Below are positions 1-9,008 of a stretch of DNA of 24,000 bases, in pieces; positions within the stretch are counted from its first letter, which is position 1; each line of letters begins with the position of its first letter. Source of the DNA: Bacillus massilioanorexius. Lineage in GTDB: Bacteria > Bacillota > Bacilli > Bacillales > DSM-1321. The stretch spans positions 50,183 to 74,182 of the forward strand of contig NZ_CABKRX010000100.1 of NCBI RefSeq assembly GCF_902374955.1, read 5' to 3'. Below the pieces are notes generated by a model. It saw only the letters and a program-made list of their open reading frames with translations. It was not told the DNA's origin and ran no database searches. Position numbers and translations under genes: made by a program.

Positions 1-453
1 CAAAATACAAAAATGAAAATAAAAGAGTTCTCTTTCAATCAACAACAAATTGATACTTCATCCGCCATTATTGCTGTAATTGGTGACACAGAAATGTATC
101 ATAATATAGATAAAATTTATCAAAGTAATTACGAAGCTGGAAATATCGATGAAGTGAACATGGAAAGACAAATCAATAATGCAAAAGCACTGTATCCGAA
201 TGCTCCATATGAAATACGTTCGAATATTGCTTCATTTGATGCGGGGTTGATTTCTATGCAACTTATGTTGCTAGCGAAGGCCAAAGGACTTGATACAGTA
301 TGTATGGGTGGCTTTGATAAGAAAAAATTTGCAGAAGCTTTCGATTTATCCAATCGTTACATGCCGATTGTATTAATCGCTATAGGAAAAGCAGCTGCAC
401 CAGCTTATGGTTCGACTCGTTTATCTTTAAAAGACATCACAACATTTAACTAA
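1..453 (+). CDS. Nitroreductase family protein, 5'-truncated by the window edge
   Basis: The frame is open from nt 1, with no stop before the ATG at 13. The C-terminal core (FDAGLISMQLMLLAKAKGLDTVCMGGFD...IVLIAIGKAAAP) looks like the conserved C-terminus of NAD(P)H nitroreductases. Confidence 0.7.
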   Translation, partial: QNTKMKIKEFSFNQQQIDTSSAIIAVIGDTEMYHNIDKIYQSNYEAGNIDEVNMERQINNAKALYPNAPYEIRSNIASFDAGLISMQLMLLAKAKGLDTVCMGGFDKKKFAEAFDLSNRYMPIVLIAIGKAAAPAYGSTRLSLKDITTFN

Positions 454-567
454 ACATGAATAGGGCTAAATGTTTTTAATTTTGCTCTTAATGATGTTTT
501 CGTTTGTCCACATAATGATAGCCAATGTAAAATATCTTTTTTATGTTAATTAAATAAGATGTGAAGT

Positions 568-607
568 AGAGGACTGTGTAATGACTACGACATAGTCCTC
601 TTTTATT
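568..607 (+). terminator. Rho-independent terminator after the nitroreductase gene
   Basis: The stem AGAGGACTGTG (568-578) pairs with CATAGTCCTCT (591-601) with one G-T wobble, followed by TTTTATTT. Confidence 0.7.
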
Positions 608-800
608 TGCTTGAATTTTATCTAAAAGATTGCTGCTTTTTAATACGTTCGATGAAAAAACAGTGGAAGAAAAGTCGGATGATCTATACTCAATCCAAGT
701 TAATAGGCCACAAAGTTTGCAAAAACAACCTATTTCTATAAAAAATGCATGGAAACATAAACTAAGATAAAAGTAATACTATACTCTTTTATGCTTACCA

Positions 801-1439
801 TTGTTAGGGAAAGAAGAAGGAGAGATTTTCATCGATAATTTAGTGTTACTAGCGGTATCTGGAACTATTGAAACGGCAATGCAAGCATATAAAAGTCTTG
901 GGATGCTTAATGCAGTTTTTCTACCGTTTATTGAGGCGTTTTTACCGTTTCTTCCACTTTGCGGTATTGTCGTTGCAAATGCAGCGGCTTTTGGATTAAT
1001 CAAAGGATTGATATTATCGAGTGTAGGTTCCATTACTGGAACATGGGTTTTGTATGGGACATTTTATTATTTTGGCAATTATACATTCCTTCGAAAGCTA
1101 AGAGAAAAAGAATTGGTGAAGAAATACGCAGAATGGGTTGAGAATAAAGGTTTCATATTTATTGCGATATTTTGTTTTGTTCCTGTCCTTTTAAATTCTG
1201 TCATTGCGATTCTAGCAGGTATTAATAAAATTAGCTTTAGGACGTTTGCTTTTGCTTCAGGTTTAGGGATTTTTTTCTTGTTTTGTATTCTTTCAATTAT
1301 AGGCTCAAGCTTAACCACTATGACTACTAGCCCTTGGAAAATCGTATTGATTATTATTCTTTGTTTATTGTTGTTTGTAGTAGGAAGGCAAGTGCAAAAG
1401 CATTTAATACAAACGAAGAGAGTAATTGTAAAAGAGTAA
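801..1439 (+). CDS. TVP38/TMEM64 (DedA-related) family membrane protein
   Basis: It is a multi-pass hydrophobic protein with the family motif FLPFIEAFLPFLPL...ANAAAFG. The start is uncertain. The TTG at 801 lacks a ribosome-binding site. The best one (AAGGAG, 817-822) sits 8 nt before an in-frame ATC at 831. Confidence 0.75.
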   Translation: MLGKEEGEIFIDNLVLLAVSGTIETAMQAYKSLGMLNAVFLPFIEAFLPFLPLCGIVVANAAAFGLIKGLILSSVGSITGTWVLYGTFYYFGNYTFLRKLREKELVKKYAEWVENKGFIFIAIFCFVPVLLNSVIAILAGINKISFRTFAFASGLGIFFLFCILSIIGSSLTTMTTSPWKIVLIIILCLLLFVVGRQVQKHLIQTKRVIVKE

Positions 1440-1445
1440 TACGAA

Positions 1446-1946
1446 TCATCTGAGCTTCTTCATATAAGTAATTTCATTCTCATTTAATAATGGAGGTTTC
1501 CCTTTGTTCAGTCCTTTTTCTAAAAAAACAAAGTAATCTTCATTTATTTCTAAAGGTGTGAAATTTGGTGTTTCTTCATAATCCTCCGTCGATAATGATA
1601 CTGTATAATTATTTTTCTTTGAAGTGGAAAAATCCCAACTCACTCCAAGTGTATTAGCCATACTGAAGGAACTAGTTACTTTTACGATAGTATACCCATC
1701 ACTATTTTTTATAATTTCGCCAATGAAAAAGATGTTTTCGCTTTCTTCACATAATAGTAGTTGTTCGCCTTTTTTGGTTTCAAGAAGTTCAACTCCATTA
1801 ATGGAGTTTTCTTCAATGAAATGTTCTAATGCTATACTTTGAGTAGAGTAGTATATTGTCGTATCTTTATCTGTAGGTTTTTTGTTACAGCCAGCAAGTA
1901 ATACTAATAAAGTGATGAGATATAAAATAATTACCCGTTTTAACAT
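1446..1946 (-). CDS. Hypothetical lipoprotein
   Basis: The N-terminus MLKRVIILYLITLLVLLAGC is a signal peptide with the lipobox LLAGC. A GGAGG-type ribosome-binding site (AGGAGGGAT) lies upstream. Confidence 0.7.
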   Translation of the reverse strand: MLKRVIILYLITLLVLLAGCNKKPTDKDTTIYYSTQSIALEHFIEENSINGVELLETKKGEQLLLCEESENIFFIGEIIKNSDGYTIVKVTSSFSMANTLGVSWDFSTSKKNNYTVSLSTEDYEETPNFTPLEINEDYFVFLEKGLNKGKPPLLNENEITYMKKLR

Positions 1947-1994
1947 TATGATCCCTCCTCAGTAGTGAATTTATTGTTATATTTTACCACATGT

Positions 1995-2027
1995 AAAAAG
2001 AAGTACTTACAGAAAAGTAAGTACTCC
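1995..2027 (-). terminator. Terminator of the TetR-ABC operon
   Basis: A perfect 9-bp stem AGTACTTAC (2002-2010) / GTAAGTACT (2017-2025) is followed on the minus strand by CTTTTT. It lies 30 nt downstream of the permease stop. Confidence 0.7.
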
Positions 2028-2056
2028 TTTTATTTGAAAGTATTCGTAGTTCCCAT

Positions 2057-2851
2057 CTATGCCTTTAAATCGCGTCGATTATGCAAAATAAAAGAGGCCC
2101 CAATGCAAAGGATGGAAATGGCTAAGCATATAAACATATAGGTGGGCTCTAATCCATCTCTCAAAATAGTTTTTCCGTCAAAATATTTGAAGGGTGTGAG
2201 ATATCGTAAGAAATCCGCTTTTTCACTTAAGTCTGCGAAAATCGACATAAATAAGCAAATCATAACAATGGCAAAGGATAAATTGCTAGCTATTTTCGAT
2301 CTTTCTGTAAGGAAGGATAGTAGCAGTCCGATACTGAAAAAAGTAAGCTGAATGAATAATAATCCTGTCATCATTGGTAAGAAGTCATCGGATATATTGG
2401 TATCTGTGACAGCTTTGGCAATAAGTACACTATAAATGAATGTTAGTGCATTTAACAAAATCATATCAATCAAACCAATACAAAGCTTGTAGCTCAGAAT
2501 ATGAGTTCTTTTCATTCCTTTTACATATAAAAACTCATAGGTTTTATCTCGTTCTTCCTTTGAAAAAATCATCGCACCCATACTTGATGCATGAAAGGCA
2601 GCTATAACAGCAACGTATAAGAAGATAATCGAAAAAATTCCTACGACATTTGTTAAGTCGACCATTCCAGCTCCAAACAAGGTTTGTAAAGATTTCGGCA
2701 TTTGTTCCATTAATTCATTGAAGGATTGCCCGCTATCATTGGTTAAGCCAACAGATTTTGCAACACTGATGCCGATTAATACCATCATCCCTATTAGCCA
2801 TAGGCATAATGACTTAAAATTTGCTTTCCATTCCTGAATAAGTAAACTCAT
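2057..2851 (-). CDS. ABC-2 type transporter permease
   Basis: It is a six-helix-like hydrophobic protein immediately downstream of a second permease and an ABC ATPase, preceded by a GGAGG ribosome-binding site (AGGAGGGGAAT). Confidence 0.75.
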   Translation of the reverse strand: MSLLIQEWKANFKSLCLWLIGMMVLIGISVAKSVGLTNDSGQSFNELMEQMPKSLQTLFGAGMVDLTNVVGIFSIIFLYVAVIAAFHASSMGAMIFSKEERDKTYEFLYVKGMKRTHILSYKLCIGLIDMILLNALTFIYSVLIAKAVTDTNISDDFLPMMTGLLFIQLTFFSIGLLLSFLTERSKIASNLSFAIVMICLFMSIFADLSEKADFLRYLTPFKYFDGKTILRDGLEPTYMFICLAISILCIGASFILHNRRDLKA

Positions 2852-2865
2852 GATATTCCCCTCCT

Positions 2866-3657
2866 TTATGCATGAATGTCTTTTCGTTTATACAAATAGA
2901 AACCAAGAGCAACAAAAAGCATAGTTAAGATCATACCTGTTATAAACGTAGATATTTCATAGGAATGGTGCTCTACAATATAATTCGGATTTAAATAGCT
3001 CATAGGTGATAGAAATTTTAAAGCAGTATCATTGTACATATTGGCTACCATTTCAAGAGCGAAAAAAAGTGCTCCAACACCAATACCCAATGTAACTGGA
3101 GATTTAATTTTTCTAAAGCAGCAGCCCATGAAAAAACCAAAGGAAAGAAACATGACCTGCGTAAAGAAAAGAGCTCCTGCCAATAAGAAAAATGCACTCC
3201 AATCGATGTTATCTACAAAAGAAATCGCTGCAAAATAAGTAGCTGTTACACAGACAATGTTCGTAAGTACAATACAGATAAAGACGGAAAATAGTTTTTC
3301 ACTTAAGATTTGCATTCGATTCATAGGTTTTGTAAAAAGAAAATCACTTGTTTTACGAGCCGTTTCCTTTGAGATAACACCTGTTCCGAAAATCAGGGCC
3401 TGGATGGCTCCGACAAAAATTAAATAGACCACACAAAAGCTGTAAAAACCATTAAAAGTAACAATACTAGCACTACCTAAACCGAAGGCTTTTAATACTT
3501 CTGGTGGATAATTGGCAACAATATCAAGAAGTGCGTCGACATCTTTCGTATAAGAAGGGAAGATGGCAATAAAAATGAAGCCAAGTATTCCAAGAGTAAT
3601 GGCCCAACTTATGGTTGATTTAAAATGGCTCTTTAATTCATATTTTAAAACATTCAT
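2866..3657 (-). CDS. ABC-2 type transporter permease
   Basis: It is a paralogous polytopic membrane protein, 13 nt after the ATPase stop, with an AAGGAGG ribosome-binding site. Confidence 0.75.
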   Translation of the reverse strand: MNVLKYELKSHFKSTISWAITLGILGFIFIAIFPSYTKDVDALLDIVANYPPEVLKAFGLGSASIVTFNGFYSFCVVYLIFVGAIQALIFGTGVISKETARKTSDFLFTKPMNRMQILSEKLFSVFICIVLTNIVCVTATYFAAISFVDNIDWSAFFLLAGALFFTQVMFLSFGFFMGCCFRKIKSPVTLGIGVGALFFALEMVANMYNDTALKFLSPMSYLNPNYIVEHHSYEISTFITGMILTMLFVALGFYLYKRKDIHA

Positions 3658-3670
3658 GAGTAAGGCCTCC

Positions 3671-4555
3671 TTATTCTTTATCGTAATAGTGTAAGAAAAT
3701 TTCTTCTAAATCAGGCTCGGTAATATCTAGGTTCACTAGCGATAGGGTGCTAATCTCTGAAATTACATGATTAATATTGCCTTTGAAAATAAAGGAGGCG
3801 TGGGTACCATTAATCGAAAGTTGAGTAACACCTTCGAGTTGAAATAAATTGTCATCTATTGGAGTAGCTGTTTCTAGATTTACCTTTTTATAGCTGTTTT
3901 CTCGTAAGGCGGCAATCGTTTCAAGCTTGATGATCTTTCCATTTTTAATAAAGCCGACACGATCACAAAGCTTTTGAACCTCTGATAAAATGTGAGAAGA
4001 AAAGAAAATTGTCGCACCTTTTCTATTTTCTTCTTTTATCAGTTCAAAAAATTTATTTTGCATCAATGGATCAAGTCCGCCGGTAGGTTCATCTAAAATG
4101 ATTAATTTCGGACTATGGAGAAGCCCCTGGATAATTCCTACTTTCTTTCGATTACCAAATGACAAATCTTCAATTTTTTTATTTTGGTCAAGCTCTAATA
4201 GCTCGCATAATTGTTTTATACGAGCTGTACAATCTTTCTTGTAAAAAGAAGAGGAATATTTCAATAAATCTTTCACTTTCATATTGTCATAATAAAAAAC
4301 TTCACTCGGAAGATACCCTATTTCTTTAGCTATTTCACTTGAATATTTAATACAGTCCATTCCGAAAATTTTTGCGGAACCGCTTGTCGGATAAATGAGC
4401 GATAGTAATGTACGAATAGTTGTGGATTTTCCTGCTCCGTTAGGCCCGATAAAACCAAATATCTCACCTTCTTTAATATCGAGCGTAATATCTTCAATGC
4501 CGCGTTCTTTTCCATAACGTTTCGTTAAGCCTTTAATTTCAATGACATTGTTCAT
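3671..4555 (-). CDS. ABC transporter ATP-binding protein
   Basis: Motifs present: Walker A GPNGAGKST, signature-like LSFGNRKK, Walker B LIILDEPTGGLD, and the H-loop SSHIL. Its start overlaps the TetR stop (ATGA), which suggests translational coupling. Confidence 0.95.
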   Translation of the reverse strand: MNNVIEIKGLTKRYGKERGIEDITLDIKEGEIFGFIGPNGAGKSTTIRTLLSLIYPTSGSAKIFGMDCIKYSSEIAKEIGYLPSEVFYYDNMKVKDLLKYSSSFYKKDCTARIKQLCELLELDQNKKIEDLSFGNRKKVGIIQGLLHSPKLIILDEPTGGLDPLMQNKFFELIKEENRKGATIFFSSHILSEVQKLCDRVGFIKNGKIIKLETIAALRENSYKKVNLETATPIDDNLFQLEGVTQLSINGTHASFIFKGNINHVISEISTLSLVNLDITEPDLEEIFLHYYDKE

Positions 4556-5169
4556 AAATATTCCTCCTTATAAAATGCCTGACGATACATTTGTAAGTAG
4601 GCATCAAATTCTATGCAAATCTGTTCAGGGTTAAATTCTTCTAGCACCATCTTTTGATCGACTAATCCTTTAGAAGACCAGATTATCGTGTTTAATATCT
4701 TTTCAAAGTTCGAAGCGTCTTTAAACTTTGAAAAATCCACCTTACTAAATACTTTAGTGAGGGCATCTTGAGACAACTTTTCATTTTGCTGGTTAATTTC
4801 TTCTGCCACTTCGGGTGCAGTTTCATAATATGCCTGCATAACAAAATTGAAAATCGCTGGATATTGCTTAATAATCTTTAGTTTGTTTATCGTACTTTTA
4901 CGAATAATTTCGAAAAAATCAGTCTCTTCGTCATCCATGGCTATATATAGTTTTTCAGCAATGTAATCCAAGCAATATTCATATAAATCAAGATAGAGTT
5001 TCTTCTTAGAGCCAAAATAATGAAAAAGTAATCCTTTTGAAATACCAGCACGTGTGATAATTTCGTCCGTTGTTGCCTTTTTATAGCTATGCTTACCGAA
5101 AATCGTAATAGCTCCGTTTATAATCCTGTCTCGTTTCTCTTGAGGTAAGTTTAAAAACTTTTCGTTCAT
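4552..5169 (-). CDS. TetR/AcrR family transcriptional regulator
   Basis: The N-terminal helix-turn-helix is YKKATTDEIITRAGISKGLLFHYFGSKKKLY. It is the first gene of the ABC operon. Confidence 0.9.
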   Translation of the reverse strand: MNEKFLNLPQEKRDRIINGAITIFGKHSYKKATTDEIITRAGISKGLLFHYFGSKKKLYLDLYEYCLDYIAEKLYIAMDDEETDFFEIIRKSTINKLKIIKQYPAIFNFVMQAYYETAPEVAEEINQQNEKLSQDALTKVFSKVDFSKFKDASNFEKILNTIIWSSKGLVDQKMVLEEFNPEQICIEFDAYLQMYRQAFYKEEYL

Positions 5170-5195
5170 CGTAACGCATCCCTTTTGGTTATGTA

Positions 5196-5248
5196 TTGAC
5201 TAAAGTAGTCAATAAAGTCAGTTTAATCTCGTTGACTATTTTAGTCAA
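5196..5248 (-). promoter_or_regulatory. Two copies of a 17-bp palindromic operator (TTGACTA-N3-TAGTCAA) in the TetR-ABC promoter region
   Basis: TTGACTAAAGTAGTCAA lies at 5196-5212 and TTGACTATTTTAGTCAA at 5232-5248, 36 bp centre to centre. On the minus strand the distal copy supplies a -35-like TTGACT, with TAAACT 17 nt downstream. Confidence 0.6.
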
Positions 5249-5439
5249 TGGGCTAATTATTGTATTATTCATAGTTTTCTTTATATAAGGAATTGTCTGT
5301 AGCGTATAGAATTTTCCCTTATTGAAGTAACTGTAAACTCTGTATGAACTTTTTTGTGTACATATATAAATCAAAGTCTATTTCTAAAAACAGATATAGT
5401 ACAATAATGGAATAAATTGTATTTTTAGGAGGAGTAGGA

Positions 5440-6249
5440 ATAAGTGATACCAAGAGAATTGTCCAATTATGTTTACTGGTATTAGTGGTGTTGTTACTAA
5501 GTTCTTGTTTTAAGAAAGAAGATCTTGAACAACCGATAAAAGACTATTTTTTAAAAGAGTATGGAATAAAAGAAGAAATAAAAATACTTTCAACTGATAA
5601 TAATTGGTTGGAAGGAATTGCTCATCAAACGTATGTAGAAATAAAGAAGCCTTATCACACAGTAATCTTTCTTTGGATTGAAAGGGATACATATGAGATT
5701 AATAAAGATCCTGTTTTTGGTGATGATGTGTTTCTTGAAATTTTTAAAGGAGCATATATAGAGCAGAATAAAGAGGTTATAAAATTGTCAGATGAGATTA
5801 TAAATAACTATCATCTAGTACGTGAATTTCCTAATGATGAAATAAAAGGTAAGGTTATTCCCTACTATCTAAATGTTAGGATAGATGAAAAGCAAAAGAA
5901 TGATCTTAAGTATGAATTTGTTAGTAGTCAGAAGTTAGATACAAAGGAGATTATACCAAAGTTAACTTTTAATAAAGTTAGTGAGAATGGAGAGTATGCA
6001 GGTACCATAAATTTTAATTATTACTATAATATCTATCAAAATAGTCCTAATATCCCGAAGGCAGAAGCTATTTTAAAAGAGTATGAGAGAAGTAGAGTAT
6101 TGACTGAAGGGGTGTATAGGATTTCGATTTCAATAATGGAGCATTCTCTAGAGAGTCTTTCGTACGGCTCTGAAGAGTCATCTAGTGTTCTATTTCGAGT
6201 GAATCATTTGGGAGAATTTCAAATCATTTCGGTAGAAAACAATCAATAG
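5440..6249 (+). CDS. Hypothetical lipoprotein, probably with a non-canonical ATA start
   Basis: The ORF track starts at GTG 5485, leaving only MVLLLSSC before the lipobox Cys. The frame is open back to 5416. AGGAGGAG (5427-5434) sits 7 nt before an in-frame ATA at 5440. That start gives a canonical signal peptide, xSDTKRIVQLCLLVLVVLLLSSC. Confidence 0.6.
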   Translation: MSDTKRIVQLCLLVLVVLLLSSCFKKEDLEQPIKDYFLKEYGIKEEIKILSTDNNWLEGIAHQTYVEIKKPYHTVIFLWIERDTYEINKDPVFGDDVFLEIFKGAYIEQNKEVIKLSDEIINNYHLVREFPNDEIKGKVIPYYLNVRIDEKQKNDLKYEFVSSQKLDTKEIIPKLTFNKVSENGEYAGTINFNYYYNIYQNSPNIPKAEAILKEYERSRVLTEGVYRISISIMEHSLESLSYGSEESSSVLFRVNHLGEFQIISVENNQ

Positions 6250-6320
6250 GAGTTTGTTCCGTTTCTTTCTATTAAGAGCTCTTGTTTCATGCTTTACTAA
6301 TTTCTATATAATTTATCAAG

Positions 6321-6362
6321 GGGGTGTCCAACAAAGCTGTAGCTTTAGGACATCCCTTCTTA
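6321..6362 (+). terminator. Terminator hairpin after the lipoprotein gene
   Basis: The outer stem is GGGGTGTCC / GGACATCCC and the inner stem AAAGCT / AGCTTT (6321-6356). The following T-tract (TTCTT) is weak. Confidence 0.5.
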
Positions 6363-6586
6363 TATAATACCAGCGGCTCTCTTCTTTGAAGTCTGGCTAA
6401 ACCTTTAGAGAATACGTATTCTTGACGTCATTTGTTAGAGTTTTTGTTCTCCTATCCTATTTTATTAAAATAAGTGTATGGAGAAGAAAACGGGGTATAT
6501 AGTACTAGTCATCCAATCTTTATATCATTAAAGTTAGAATTCATAAATCTTTCGAAAAATTACCATAATTGTTATCTAACATAAGG

Positions 6587-6643
6587 TTATTATTATATTA
6601 CAGTTGTAATATAGAATTATTATTACATTACAGAAAGTATAAT
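6587..6643 (+). promoter_or_regulatory. 17-bp direct repeats next to a TATAAT box upstream of ppk1
   Basis: TTATTATTATATTACAG (6587-6603) and TTATTATTACATTACAG (6617-6633) are 16/17 identical with a 30-bp period. TATAAT lies at 6638-6643, about 50 nt before the ppk start. Confidence 0.3.
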
Positions 6644-6691
6644 TTATTTTAAAAATGATAGTAAATACATCGATTGAAAGAAGGACTTTAG

Positions 6692-8911
6692 ATGGCAAAA
6701 GTAAAAAGTAAATACGACTTCAGTTATACAGAAAATAGAGAACTATCGTGGTTAAAGTTTAATAATCGAGTACTAGAGGAAGCCAGTGATCTCAGAAATC
6801 CATTGTATGAGAGATTGAAGTTCGTCTCTATTTTTGAAAGCAATTTAGATGAGTTTTTTATGATTCGAGTAGGTAGTTTAACCGATTTATCTCTCCTAAA
6901 AGGAAATCGTATTGATAAAAAAAGTGGCTTAACGATTAACGAGCAGTTAAAAGCCATTTTTAAAGAAGTTGCACCACAATATAAATATAGAGATAAGGTT
7001 TTTGCAGATATTACGAAGCAAATGAAAGCGCATGATATTTATCATATGAATATGAAAGACTTAGAAATCAAAGATCGTAATTTCATTGAGCAGTACTTTT
7101 CTACATATGTATTACCAGTTCTTTCACCACAAATCGTGGATATGCATCATCCTTTTCCACATTTATTAAATAAGTCGTTAAACATCTTTTTAATGATGAG
7201 GAACCAAGAACAAACTTCTTTTGGGATTATACCTTTACCAAGTACACTTCCAAAAATGATTTTCTTACCAGGTAATAATGTTCGTTATATTTTACTTGAA
7301 CAAATTATTTTAGAATATGTGAACAAAGTGTTTGATACTTATGAAATTATGGACAAGGTAGTCATTGCAGTAACAAGAAACGCAGACATAAGTCCTGAGG
7401 ATGAAGTATTTGCAGATGATGATGATTATCGCCATCACATGAAGAAAATATTAAAAAAACGCAAGCGCCTAGCACCAGTTAGATTAGAAATTCAAAATGA
7501 TGCGAATCCAAAATTGATCGAATATTTATGTGATAGATTAAATATTAAAAAAGAACAAGTATACAAAAGTAAAGCACCATTATGTATGTCTTATGTATTC
7601 TCACTGCAAGATAAATTTTCGGTTTCGCAAGAACGTGAGTTATCTTATCCTGTATTTGAACCACAACCGCCAGCTTGTGTTTCTAAAAATGAAAGTATGA
7701 TAATTCAAGTACGTAAAAAAGATTTATTGATGCATTATCCATATGAACAGATGGAACCATTTTTGAGATTAGTAAAGGAAGCGGCATATGATCCAAATGT
7801 CATTTCTATTAAAATTACCATATACCGATTATCAAAGAATTCTAAACTAGTAGAATACTTAATTGAAGCGGCTGAAAATAATAAGGAAGTAACGGTTCTA
7901 GTTGAATTACGCGCACGATTTGATGAAGAAAATAATATTGAGTGGGCAGAGAGACTAGAAGCAGCTGGTTGTACGATTATTTATGGATTTGAAGGATTTA
8001 AAGTTCATTCGAAAATTTGCTTAATTACTTATATACAAAATAATGTTATTCAATATGTAACGCAGATTGGAACAGGTAACTATAGTGAAAAAAGTGCCAA
8101 AATGTATACAGACTTTTCTTTTATAACAGCAAGTAAACGAATTGGAAATGATGCAGCTACTTTCTTTAAAAATATGTCTCTTTCTAATTTAGATGGTCAA
8201 TATGCACATTTGCTTGTAGCACCAACAAGCTTAAAATCTGGTATTATGCAAAAGATTGATGAAGAGATTGTTAAAGCTCAAGCGAATTACAGCGGCAGAA
8301 TCATTATGAAAATGAATTCTCTTACTGACCGTGATTTAATTAATAAGCTTTCAGAGGCTTCGTGTGCAGGAGTAAAAATCAGCTTGATTGTTCGTGGCAT
8401 TTGTTGTTTAACGCCAAAAATAAAAGGAAAAACCGAAAATATTGAAGTTATAAGTATTTTAGGTCGCTTCCTAGAACATGCTCGTGTTTATTGCTTTGGC
8501 GAAGGAAATAGTATGGAGCTATATATAAGTTCTGCTGATATTATGACTAGAAACATGGAGAAAAGGGTAGAAATTGCTTGCCCAATTTATGATCCAGATA
8601 TTAAACGTCGCATTTATGATGTATTAGATGTTCAATTACACGATAATGTCAAAGCGAGAGAACTTCAAGAAGATAAGCAGTATAAGAGACGTACAGATAA
8701 TGGCTATAAATCAGTTGACGCTCAATCTTATTTTATGGAAGAAGCACTGAGAGGCTCTTACTATGAAGTAGATGAAGAAGAAGAGTATGAAGTAGATTAT
8801 CAGAACCAATTAATCCAAACAGTACCTATATTTATACAAAAACCACGTAAACTTCCTAGAATTACAAAACGTCCTAGAAAGTCTAGATTTTTACTAACGG
8901 TAAAAAATTAA
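6692..8911 (+). CDS. ppk1: Polyphosphate kinase 1
   Basis: The N-terminal signature is NRELSWLKFNNRVLEEA...PLYERLKFVSIFESNLDEFFMIRVG. The His-containing FKVHSKICLI segment and the two PLD-like C-terminal domains are also present. At 739 aa it carries an extra acidic/basic C-terminal tail. Confidence 0.95.
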   Translation: MAKVKSKYDFSYTENRELSWLKFNNRVLEEASDLRNPLYERLKFVSIFESNLDEFFMIRVGSLTDLSLLKGNRIDKKSGLTINEQLKAIFKEVAPQYKYRDKVFADITKQMKAHDIYHMNMKDLEIKDRNFIEQYFSTYVLPVLSPQIVDMHHPFPHLLNKSLNIFLMMRNQEQTSFGIIPLPSTLPKMIFLPGNNVRYILLEQIILEYVNKVFDTYEIMDKVVIAVTRNADISPEDEVFADDDDYRHHMKKILKKRKRLAPVRLEIQNDANPKLIEYLCDRLNIKKEQVYKSKAPLCMSYVFSLQDKFSVSQERELSYPVFEPQPPACVSKNESMIIQVRKKDLLMHYPYEQMEPFLRLVKEAAYDPNVISIKITIYRLSKNSKLVEYLIEAAENNKEVTVLVELRARFDEENNIEWAERLEAAGCTIIYGFEGFKVHSKICLITYIQNNVIQYVTQIGTGNYSEKSAKMYTDFSFITASKRIGNDAATFFKNMSLSNLDGQYAHLLVAPTSLKSGIMQKIDEEIVKAQANYSGRIIMKMNSLTDRDLINKLSEASCAGVKISLIVRGICCLTPKIKGKTENIEVISILGRFLEHARVYCFGEGNSMELYISSADIMTRNMEKRVEIACPIYDPDIKRRIYDVLDVQLHDNVKARELQEDKQYKRRTDNGYKSVDAQSYFMEEALRGSYYEVDEEEEYEVDYQNQLIQTVPIFIQKPRKLPRITKRPRKSRFLLTVKN

Positions 8912-8944
8912 CTTTTAACAAGTAAAACGAGCTATATAAAGAGT

Positions 8945-8989
8945 AGAGGCGCTCAAAAAGGGGTGATAAAGCCCTTTTTGAACGCCTCT
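8945..8989. terminator. Bidirectional terminator between convergent ppk1 and the holin-like gene
   Basis: The stem is AGAGGCGCTCAAAAAGGG / CCCTTTTTGAACGCCTCT. The right arm is followed by TTTTG on the plus strand. The A/T runs inside the stem arms could serve either direction. Confidence 0.75.
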
Positions 8990-9008
8990 TTTGAATTATA
9001 AGTAGGAA

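Noticed and set aside
653-742. A 29-codon basic ORF (MKKQWKKSRMIYTQSK...) upstream of the TVP38-family gene.
   Set aside because: It has no ribosome-binding site, is very short, and nothing else supports it.
6587-6633. Reading the repeats upstream of ppk1 as PhoP boxes (TTACA-type hexamers).
   Set aside because: TTACAG and TTACAT hexamers are present. Their spacing (30 bp, and 5 bp in the overlapping pair) does not match the ~11-bp periodic direct repeats expected for Bacillus PhoP sites. I kept only the neutral description of direct repeats.
129-6957. Track ORFs antisense to, or nested in, real genes in the first part of the window: 129-353, 779-1033, 959-1141, 1079-1318, 1624-1842, 2142-2351, 3032-3238, 4330-4515, 5189-5374, 5510-5692 and 6724-6957.
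   Set aside because: Each lies inside or opposite a much longer ORF that has clear family motifs. None has a ribosome-binding site. Their compositions are what AT-rich antisense frames typically yield.
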